A DNA stretch of 64,000 nucleotides from the human T2T-CHM13v2.0 reference genome, Homo sapiens, in the NCBI RefSeq assembly GCF_009914755.1, contig NC_060931.1; one strand, given 5' to 3'. The notes under the pieces were generated by a model, which was given only the letters and a program-made list of their open reading frames with translations, did not search any database and was not told the DNA's origin. A program made the position numbers and the translations under genes. Positions 49,709 through 64,000 of the stretch are shown one piece after another (the first letter of the stretch is position 1; each line of letters starts with the position of its first letter).

Positions 49709-50548
49709 GAAGGGGCTGGGCAAAAAAGAGTTAACATAGCAGGTCAGAGACTTGTCCTTAGAGAGACTTCTTTGCAAGATTGGCCTTTGGCTGGCATCTG
49801 TGAACTTGAATTTTGAAAGAATTTCTCTAACTGATAAGACTGACTCACTGTGCCTAATTGGTTTGAACAAACAATGTGATAAATGCTGAGTACCTGCTTT
49901 GCTTATGGGAGCCTGTGCTGAACAGAGGATGCCTATGTGATGAGCCTCCAATAAAAACCTTGGACACTGAGTCTCTAATGAGGCTCCTTGATAGACAGTG
50001 TTTCTCACATGTTGTCACACTCTTTCCTGAAGGAGTTAAGCACATCCTAAGTGACTCCACTGATAGAGGACTCTTGGAAGTTTGAACCTGCTTTTCTTGG
50101 ACTTTGCCCCATATGCTTTTCCCCTTTGATGATTTTGCTGTGTATTCTTTCACTGTAATAAATCATAGACATAGGCTGGTCATGGTGGCTCACGCCTGTA
50201 ATCTCAGCACTTTGGGAGGCTGAGGTGGGTGGATCACCTGAGGTCAGGAGTTCAAGACCAGCTTGGCCAACTTGTCTCTACTAAAAATACAAGAAATGGC
50301 TGGACATAGTGGCAGGTTCCTGTAACCCCAGCTACTCAGGAGGCTGAGGTAGGAGAATCACTTGAATCTGGGAGGTGGAGATTGCAGTGAGCTGAGATTG
50401 TGTCACTGCACTCCAGCCAGGGTGACTCTATCTCAAAATAAATAAATAAATTAATTAATTAATCATAACATAAAGACAAGTACAGGCTGAAATCTGCAAG
50501 TTCTCCTGGTGATTACTCCAGCCTGGGGCTGATCTTGGGATCCTCAAC
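49709..50548 (+). mobile_element. MER21-type LTR, split by an Alu
   Basis: GGGCAAAAAAGAGTTAACATAGCAGG...CCAATAAAAACCTTGGACACTGAGTCTCTAATGAG. Confidence 0.78.
50174..50458 (+). mobile_element. AluS
   Basis: Dimer; AATCATA flanks both ends. Confidence 0.93.
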
Positions 50549-50799
50549 AAAGAGGTTGTCCATTAGATCAGAAAGATATAACAAAGAAAAACCTACGTGG
50601 ACCAAATGTCAAAGTCCAGACAGGTAGGGAGATGCTCTGGAGGACACCAGTCCATATAGATAACAAAGAAGAACCCCTACCACCAGGACTGGACCACCAA
50701 GACCCTCGACCCCAGAACTGACTGAGACGACCATGAATCAGCTGAGATAATATTCACACCATTTGGCAGAATGCAGGCTTGTGAGAGAAATTAAGTTCA

Positions 50800-51115
<316 letters not shown>

Positions 51116-51314
51116 GAAATTAAGTTTAATTTTGAAAAATTAAGTTACATTTCTATACCTTTCATACTTGTTCTTGCTATCTTCAAGATATCCAAGGAGA
51201 AAATGTGAATCACAGAGGATTAAGGGGAGGCAGTAACACAGAGGTGTAGCTCACCCCAGTTGAGCTAATGTGTTTCCTTACACTACCCAAGAGTATGGAG
51301 TCTTAGTCCTCCCA

Positions 51315-51616
<302 letters not shown>

Positions 51617-52294
51617 CCCCAAATCTTTAGACTGTGCCCTTGACAACTGTTGAGTCTGCCTGTGTCTCCATGAGCCTCTATCCATTCCTCCTTACGTTCC
51701 CCTCACTTCCATTCCCCCTCATCCTTGTGTCTTTATAACATCCCTGGCTCCACATTCTCCAGTTAAATTGTTCTAAAAAGTGAGCCAGTCCCACCTGTCT
51801 CTTGTATCTGGTACCTCTTCACAGCATTGGACCTGAGCCAGACGTGATGAGTACCTTGTCCTCTAAGTGGCTCTGCTCTTGGTAGAAAGGAAGGATAGAG
51901 CTGGAGGGGACTGCGGAGGAGGAAAAACTGGGAGATAATTTAGTTCCATGTTTCTTTTTTACTTGCATGCACATCATGTGGGCAGAGGGAGGCACCTGGC
52001 TCTCCAAGGATTAAGATCCTACCGATGCCCGTTATCAGGTCTACATGCGAGATCCATAATCTCCCAGCTCACTCAGCTTTGGTCTAATGCTTAAAGAACT
52101 TTTCCTAAATTTACATCCCTAGATGCTTTACAAGGCAGTCTTCCAGTATCTCAGCACCAGGAAGAGCCGGGCCTAAAAGCCCTGGTCTTCCCCTCCTTAT
52201 CTCCCATATACCCTGGAAAAGAGACTCATGGAAGGAAGTTTTTTCCACCACATACCACATATTTTGTAAAATGTGGGTTCCTTTAACAATTTCA

Positions 52295-52652
<358 letters not shown>

Positions 52653-52748
52653 TTATAGTTCTCAACCTAGTGCCCCTCATTTGACAGGGCCCCCCAGTGA
52701 TATGCTGTGGGAGGACACAGGAGGCAGGAGTTCCTTTGTCCTTCCTAC

Positions 52749-53090
52749 CTTTCTTTCTTTCTTTCTTTCTTTTTTTTTTTTTTTTTTTTTTGGTTTTTGT
52801 GTTTTGAGACAGGGCCTCACCTCTGTCTCCCAGGCTGGAGTGCAGTGGTGCAAGCATAGCTCATCTCAGGCTTAAATTCCTGGGTTCAAGAGATTATCTC
52901 ACCTCCTCCGCTTCTTGAGTAGCTGGGACCACAGATGCATGCCACCATGCCCAGCTAATTTTTAATTTTTTGTAGGAATAGGGTCTCACTGTGTTGCCCA
53001 GGTTGCTCTCGAACCTCTGGCCTCAAGTAATCCTCCTGCCTCGGACTCCCAAAGTGCTGGGATTACAGGCATCAGCCACCACACCTGGCC
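52749..53090 (-). mobile_element. AluJ
   Basis: Dimer with T/CTTT tail; GGAGTTC flanks both ends. Confidence 0.92.
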
Positions 53091-53301
53091 AGGCATGGGA
53101 GTTCTTGATGTCAGCCTCAAAGGTGGTACTTTGAACATTCCTAACTTCTCCTTAATAACACACAATACATCTACTATTCATGAGCTTATCTAAACGTTTT
53201 CTTGAAGTACTTTATATTGTCAACCTCTAATGTAGTCCTATTTGCCAAAACAGAATTAAGTTTGAAGGTAGTTTGGACCATTGTATAAAGTCCTTGGTCA
53301 A

Positions 53302-53656
<355 letters not shown>

Positions 53657-53699
53657 TCAAAGTGCCCAAAACCATGAGAGTCCTATTGTTAAACCATAA

Positions 53700-54055
<356 letters not shown>

Positions 54056-54799
54056 CCTTTTCTCCATTCTTACGAGTAGGTTCTTCATCAATTGCCACTT
54101 CTAACCTACGTCCACCTACTCCAATAGAATGCCTAATATCAAAGAACTAAAATGCAGTATTGGAAGGCATGATTCCTTTCTATTTTGTCTCACTGGAGTA
54201 GCCATTGAACCGGACTTGATATTTCAATTTAATTGCAATGAGAATGCTGTCCTCCACAAAGGTTTTATTCGTCTCCACAACAGCCTCAACACTCTATTTT
54301 ATCTGAACTTTCTTCATTTTACTCTTTAATGTTAACAGGGCACTTTTATTTTCTGTTCCTTTGAATGTTTTATTTTAATTACCAGATGAATGTTTTTGTA
54401 CATGAAAGGAAACAGGAAACCAGGCTGAAAACTTCATTTCTTTCAGTAGCATCAAATGTGATGAGCTTTTACGTGAAATACAGCATAATGGGTTACGTTT
54501 GATGTGAATAGAGTGTGTGTCTTTTAAAAGAGTAATATTCTAATAATAAGCACAAATTGTAGACAGCGGTTCCCATTTTCCAAAGTGCTCTTCTGGTCAT
54601 GATCTCACCCTGTGAAAAATGAGGGTCAATAGAATTATAGTCACTTTATAGATATAAGAACAAGCTAAGTGCCTGGGGCCATTCACAGACAGTCCCATTC
54701 TCTGGCTGTGGTGTCATGATGCTATCCAATCAGGGCAGTCTGACATCTAAAAGGTATTCACACCAAACTTGATCTCCAGTGTCAAAAACACTTCAATTC

Positions 54800-55064
54800 A
54801 CACTCACACACACATGCACACGAGAGCACACACACACACACAGGAGTGCATGTAAAATGGTTGAAATCCAAATAAGGCCTATGGATTACTCTTAACTCCA
54901 CACATGATTTGTTACATGAGATGGTCACATAATCTTATATAGAATAAAATTCAACCAAAGCAAGAGATGCCATGGCCTGGGTTATTCTAATGTAAATTTC
55001 CTGGTTGTGATATTGTACTATGGTCATTCAAGATATTACTATTGGGAAAACTGTGAATCTATAA
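54800..55064 (+). mobile_element. Old L1M 3' UTR fragment with an internal templated insert
   Basis: CACACA..GAGTGCATGTAAAA...AATTTCCTGGTTGTGATATTGTACTA; same family as 56830-57055. Confidence 0.6.
54898..54979 (+). repeat. 82 bp direct duplication of 55687-55768
   Basis: Ungapped alignment with 6 mismatches counted. Confidence 0.93.
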
Positions 55065-55323
55065 TTTTATTTATTTATTTTTTTGAGACAGGGTCTCACT
55101 CTGTCACCCATGCTGGAATGGCGTGATCTCGGCTCACTGCGACCTCTGCCTTGTGGAATCAAGCAATTCTCCTGCCTCAGCCTCCTGAGTAGCTGGGATT
55201 ACAGGTGCATGCCACCATGCCCGGCTAATTTTTGTATTTTTTTTTAGTAGAGATGCGGTTTCACTATGTTGGCCCGGCTGGTCTCGAACTCCTGACCTCA
55301 AGTGATCTGCTTGCCTCGGCCTT
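55065..55323 (-). mobile_element. Alu, 5'-truncated
   Basis: Ends at GCCTCGGCCT. Confidence 0.92.
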
Positions 55324-55436
55324 CCACCTATAGTTATTACTTCCACCGATGTTAGTTAAATTTAATTTTTTTATGTCCTTTATTTTTCAGCAGGATGTCT
55401 AAATTTGCTTTTCCAAAATAAAAGACTCAATCATCA

Positions 55437-55439
<3 letters not shown>

Positions 55440-55474
<35 letters not shown>
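55440..55474. repeat. (CA)n microsatellite
   Basis: Read directly from the sequence. Confidence 0.95.
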
Positions 55475-55476
<2 letters not shown>

Positions 55477-55922
55477 GCATTGCTCCACTACATGAGGGAA
55501 GTAATGGCATACTTTTGTCTTATATGTTATTTTTTAGTGATGACTTCTAAAGTTATTACCACAATGAATTCCCAGAATAAAATAAAATGAAAATTTATTT
55601 CAAAGGATTGGGGCAGTGGGTGACATCTCATATAAAATTTAACAGGGTTAAGCATAAAGCAGACACGTAGATTTTAGTGATTGAAACCACACATGATTCA
55701 TTGCATGAGATGGTCACATAAACTTATATAGAACAAAACTCAACCAAAGCAAGAGATGCCATGGCCTGTTTACATCCACATTAGCAATATAATATCCATA
55801 ATATTATTCTCTTCAAGTTGGGGCATCATAGTTTGAGAGGGGCATCAATTAACAAAAGTTGAAAACCAAAGAGAATGACAAGATTTCTCATCATGAAGAA
55901 ATAGTGCGGAAATATTTCATCA

Positions 55923-56218
55923 GGACCAGGTGCAGTGGATCGTGCCTGTAATCTCAGCACTTTGGGAGGCCAAGGCAGGAAGATTGCTTGAGGCCAGAAG
56001 TTTCAGACCAGCCTGGCCAACAAAGCGAGATCCCTTTTTCTACTGAAAATTTAAAAAACTGCCAGGTATGGTGGTGCATACCTGTAGTCCCAGCTACTTG
56101 CTAAGCTGAGGCAGAAAGATCACTTGAGCCCAGGAGTTTGAGGCTACAGTGGGCTGTGATAGCATCGCTGCACTCCAGCCTGGGAAACAGAGTGAGAACC
56201 TGCCATTATAGAAAAAAA
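55923..56218 (+). mobile_element. AluJ
   Basis: Diverged dimer. Confidence 0.92.
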
Positions 56219-56829
56219 TTAATCTGGAGAAATAGAAATAGAGCTGTAAATGGAGCTTGGGAGCTGTCTTCTCATATTTCAAAGGCTGTCATGAGGAAAC
56301 AAGATTAAATCAATCTACAGAAATTAAAGCTAAGATCAGTGATAAGAATTAGGGAATGGACCATTTGACTCGATATAAGGAAGACTGAGAGTCTCATTAA
56401 GACTTGTCAGCTTCAACTATGTCCCCAGATGGCCTTCTATGTGGCTGGAAGTCCCTACCATTTATGTCACTCCTTCAGGATAGGGTAGCTTTGTCAAGAG
56501 GTTCATATTAATGGTTTACCTGAAAAGGATAACCTCTCAAATCATTAGTTCCAACTCACACATTTGCAGATTAATTTCAGAAACAAGCTGTCACCTAGGA
56601 GAGCAGAAAGAATGTTTCTAAAAGAATGTGACACCACACAACCATGCAGCCCAAGTGAGCCTGCAAAGACAGCTGTGTTAGGGGAGGTGGGGTTGGGAGG
56701 AAAAAACACATTCAACAGGATGCACCCATTGAAGGTTTTTCCTCCAAAATCCCGTTTGCAGACAAAAGGGGCTTCTACTACATCCCCTTCTTTTCCAAGA
56801 TGAGTGGTTCTAGAGAACCTCTTAACTTT

Positions 56830-57055
56830 AAACACACACACACACACACACAATGAATGCACGTAATGGGGGGGGAGGGGAATCTCAGTCAGGTCCTTAG
56901 ATTATCCTGGTGTCAATTTCCCAATTGTGATATTGTACTATCATCATATAACAGGTTATCATTGGGAGGAAGCTGGGTGAAGGGTACACAGGACCTCTCT
57001 CTATTATTTCTTGTAACTTCAAGTGAATCTATAATTATTTTAAAATAATAAGTTT
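56830..57055 (+). mobile_element. Old L1M 3' UTR fragment
   Basis: TGTCAATTTCCC...CATTGGGAGGAAGCTGGGTGAAGGGTACACAGGACCTCTCT...GTGAATCTATAATTATTT. Confidence 0.7.
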
Positions 57056-57056
57056 C

Positions 57057-57087
57057 GTGCTCGCCCCAACAGCACATATACTAAAAT
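57057..57087 (+). pseudogene. U6 snRNA 5' fragment retropseudogene
   Basis: GTGCTCGCCCCAACAGCACATATACTAAAAT versus U6 GTGCTCGCTTCGGCAGCACATATACTAAAAT; TSD AAAATAATAAGTTT / AAAATAACAAGTTT. Confidence 0.88.
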
Positions 57088-57098
57088 AACAAGTTTAA

Positions 57099-57380
<282 letters not shown>

Positions 57381-58165
57381 TTATTTTTTATCATTTTTAT
57401 TGTTTCAGCAGTGTATTTAATTTTGTTGACAATATATAGATTCGATCATGAATTACACATGCCAATACCCAAAATATCCAGCACCACCACGACAAGTCAT
57501 TAGAGAGTTCAACCCACTCCATTTATCACTCCTCCACCCTTTCCTCCCAAGAGAATAGTCAGGAACTCATGGTCACTCCTCAGATAGCAGGGACAGTGCA
57601 GAGAGAGAAGAAGGAAATAGGTCAAGCAAAGAAGGAAGAAAAGGAAGAAAGGAAAAGGAGGGAAGAAAGCAAGAAAGAAGAAAAGCCAGCAGCTGTCACT
57701 CAGAAAGATAAACATTTTACAGCCCAGCTTGACTGTGTCAAGAACACTTGTGTTTTAATAGTATGCCTGCAAGCTTTCAAAACAAGTGTTTACCTGTCAC
57801 AATAAACAGTTATGAGTGAGGAACACAAAACAGACAGAACCCAGAGCTGGCAGGTTGCCAGCGCTGCCACGTGCTGCTCTGAGCTGAGCCTGTCATCCAG
57901 GCTGCAGCAGCAGTGTCTCTGTCGTCTCTGTCCCTGGAGTCCCCTATCACGCGTCACTGAGCCTGCGGGGTTAGGGGAGGCCATCAGAGTGCCAAGGGCC
58001 TGGTAGAACTGGATCGCTGGACGACACAGAGCGGTGGCTGACCAGAGGGCAGCCCACAGAAGCCAACGAGTCACAAGAGATGGGAACCCCCCAAACTTCC
58101 GGAAAGGCCCTTTATGGAGCAAAAACAGAAAGTGCCACATACTTCTCATCCTTCCTTTCCTTAAA

Positions 58166-58287
58166 GGGAGGCTGAGGCAGGAGGATCACTTGAACCCAGG
58201 ATTTGGAGGTGGCAGGGAGCTATGATCGTGCCACTGCACTCCAGCCTGGGCATCAAAGTGAGACCCTGTCTCAAAAGAAAAAAAAAA
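58166..58287 (+). mobile_element. Alu right-arm fragment
   Basis: GGGAGGCTGAGGCAGGAGGATCACTTGAACC...A-tail. Confidence 0.88.
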
Positions 58288-58290
58288 TCA

Positions 58291-58709
<419 letters not shown>

Positions 58710-58914
58710 CTATGCAAAGAAGCTTTCATATCCATCAGTCCCATTTAATCTGCACAGTAGTCTCTTAAGATAAACCGGGCAAATAGTATCATCCTCATTT
58801 TGAGGAAACTGCGTAAGTTACTTTACTACCGAGTCTCCAAATCCAACATCCAATAAACAGACAAGCGAGGATTCCAACACACGAACATATGGTTCAAAAT
58901 ATTGATAGTTCTCA

Positions 58915-59711
<797 letters not shown>

Positions 59712-59780
59712 TCCTGGAATCTAAGAAGAAAGATGAGCAGCAGACATCCCAGCCCTTATAAATTTACTATCCAAGCTGAA

Positions 59781-60309
<529 letters not shown>

Positions 60310-60382
60310 GTCTGCAGGAGTTCAAGGGTTGTATGAATGGCAGATTTCAATACTTTATGACAAAGAAGATTCGGTGACTCTA

Positions 60383-60808
<426 letters not shown>

Positions 60809-61080
60809 AGGAACAGTGGCAATCGGTGATGGCTTCAAAGCATTTGGTGTAACTCTGAAGGGAGCAGAGATGATATGGGAGTAGCAAGCTGGAGCCTGTC
60901 AATGAAGACTTCGATGCCATGCCAAGAAGCCTGAAGATGATCTAGAGAAAACTGCCAGTCACCAAGGGAAAAAGGAAAAAAGAAAACAGCAAGATCAAAA
61001 TTGGCATGGAGACCGTTCACGCTGGCTGCAGTGGGAAGGATGGATTTAAAGGACATGAAATTTCTATCAAAACAACTTAG

Positions 61081-61404
<324 letters not shown>

Positions 61405-61519
61405 TTAGTCAGTGACAACAATAGACCAGTAAGTGAAATAAAGACCCAAATTAGAGTAGTGCTTGAAAGTTCGGAGAGTAAGCCACAGAACCAAGAAACT
61501 CAAGAAATCCTTTAGGAGA

Positions 61520-61700
61520 GGTAAGCTCGGTGGCATGTGCCTGTAATCCCAGCTACTCAGGAGGCTGAGGCAGGAGGATTGCTTGAGCCTAGGAGTTCGA
61601 GGCTGTTGTGTGTGATTATCGCACCTGTGAAATAGCCTCTGCATGCCAGCTTGGGCAATATAGACAGACTTTGTCTCTAAAAACAAAATAAAATAAAATT
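61520..61700 (+). mobile_element. FAM (fossil Alu monomer)
   Basis: FAM-type ATCGCACCTGTGAAATAGCC segment. Confidence 0.75.
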
Positions 61701-61727
61701 TACAAATGAAGAAATAAGAAATGCTTA

Positions 61728-62174
<447 letters not shown>

Positions 62175-62446
62175 CTAATATTAGACAAAATAGACTTTCA
62201 GTCCAAAAAGTTTACAACAGGCAAAGAACATTATATGTTAATAAAAGGCACAATGCAGCAAGAAAATATAAGGATTATAAACATGTATGTACCTCATAAC
62301 AGACCATAAAAATATACAAAGCAAAAACTGATAGAATTGAAGGGCGAAATAGACAGTTCTACAATAATAGTTTGAGACTTCAATACCCCATTCTCAATAA
62401 TGGGCAGAACAATCGGACAGAAGATAAGTAAGAAAATAAATGACTT

Positions 62447-62750
62447 GGCTGGGTGTGGTGGCTCATGCTGGTAATCCCAGCACTTTGGGACGCCGAGGCA
62501 GGTGGATCACGAAGTCAGGTGTTGGAGACCAGCCTGGCCAACGTGGTGAAACCCTGTCTCTACTAAAAATACAAAAATTAGCCACGTGTGGTGGCACACA
62601 CCTGTAATCCTAGCTACTCAGGAGGCTGAGGCAAGAGAATTGCTTGAACCTGGGAGGCAGAGGTTGCAGTGAGCCAAGATCACGCCACTGCACTCCAGCC
62701 TGGGCAACAGAGCGAGAGTCTGTCTCAAAAAAAAAAAAGAAAGAAAGAAA
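62447..62750 (+). mobile_element. AluS
   Basis: TSD AAGAAAATA.A.GACTT. Confidence 0.95.
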
Positions 62751-62983
62751 GAAAATAGAGGACTTAACACAATAAACCTACTAGATCTAACAGACATATA
62801 CAGAACACTCTATTCAACAACAACAGTATACACATTTTTCTCATTGTACGTGAAACATTTTCCAAGACAGCCCATATGTTAGGCCACAGATTAACTCAAA
62901 ATGTGTTATATACATTCAATAGAATATTATTCAGCCTTAAAAAGGAAGGAAATTCTGACATATGCTATAATATAAATAAATCT

Positions 62984-63148
62984 TTTTTATTTATTATTTT
63001 TTTTTTAGACAGAGTTTCACTCTGTCTCCCAGCCTGGAGTGCAGTGGTGCTGTCTCCAGGCTGGTCTCGAACTCCTGACCTCAGGGGATCCACCTGCCTC
63101 GGCCTCCCAAAGTACTGGGATTAAAGGCATGAGCTACCGTACCCAGCC
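62984..63148 (-). mobile_element. Alu with a large internal deletion
   Basis: Both ends present, middle missing; TSD AATAAATCTT. Confidence 0.88.
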
Positions 63149-63329
63149 AAATAAATCTTAAGGACATTATGCTAAAAAAAAATAAGCTGATTACAAAAGA
63201 CAAATACTGTATGATTCCACTTATATGAGGGAATTGACATAGTCAAATTCATAGAGACAGAAAATAGAATGGTGGTTGCCAGGGGCTGGCATAGGGAGGA
63301 TGAGGAGTTATCGTTTAATGGGTATAGGG

Positions 63330-63880
63330 TGAAGGAGTTAAGGCTGTGTCACCCCAAAATATGCCCAATTTGCATATTGATTATTTTGATTTGAAGACAT
63401 TGGAGAAACTGCAGTTTCAGAAAGGGCTAGCTGACTGTCTCTTCCTGCATGCAGAAAGCCATAAAGATTCCTTCCGCATACCAGAAGGAGAACACAGCCC
63501 TTATTACCAGAGACAGGGAACTGAGCACTGCATTGGACCTGAATAAATAAACTTACCGAAGTAACCCTTATCTTCCACTAGTTCTGCACACTTCCATGTA
63601 TCTCCTAGTGACTCCTAGAAATTTACTGTCCCTGGCCTGATCTCCTATGTCCTGTCATTTCTTCTCTAATTTATCCTTCTTTGTCTAAAAAGTATAAAAG
63701 CATCTTGCTTTGACCACTTCTTCAGACTTCACTCCCTTGTAAAGATCCCGTGTATACGTAAAACTAATAAAATCTGTACATTTTTCTCTTGTTAATATGC
63801 CTGGTGTCAATTTGGTTTCTAGATCCAGCCAAAGAGCTTAGTAAAAGCTAAAGGAGGGTTGAACGTGGTCTCTGGCTCAA
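63330..63880 (+). mobile_element. MER34-group ERV1 LTR
   Basis: TGAAGGAG...CACCCCAAAATATGCC...GCATATTGATTATTTTGA start; TATAAAAG and AATAAA present. Confidence 0.65.
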
Positions 63881-63888
63881 AGCTTTCC

Positions 63889-64000
63889 TTTTTTTTTTTT
63901 TTTGAGACAGAGTCTCACTTTGTCGCCCAGGCTGGAGTGCAGTGGCGCCATCTCAGCTCACTGCAACCTCTGCCCGCTCCGGGTTCAAAAGATTCTCCTG
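63889..64000 (-). mobile_element. Alu, runs off the window
   Basis: Poly-T followed by the Alu right arm. Confidence 0.93.

Overview
Primate (human-like) non-coding nuclear DNA, intronic or intergenic; I cannot place it on a chromosome. No protein-coding exon or CpG island is supportable. The long ORFs come from Alu, LTR, minisatellite or (GAAA)n sequence. About 55 Alu/FLAM/FRAM/FAM copies dominate, together with MIR and L2 relics, L1 fragments, solo LTRs (MLT1, MSTA, MSTB, MER50, MLT2A1, MER57, MER21, LOR1, MER34-like) and DNA-transposon fossils (Tigger2, MER1A/B, MER30, MER33, MER5, half MADE1). There are two tailless small-RNA retropseudogenes, 5S rRNA and U6. The most notable structures are: (1) a 1.7 kb, ~69-72 bp minisatellite whose unit carries a nuclear-receptor DR0/ERR/NR5A motif; (2) four apparently non-retrotransposon templated insertions, three copied from within ~0.7-3.2 kb; (3) a minisatellite built from the L2 3' end with trimeric higher-order structure. 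Repeat family names come from recalled consensus sequences, not a database run, and coordinates are read by eye (a few bp error is possible).
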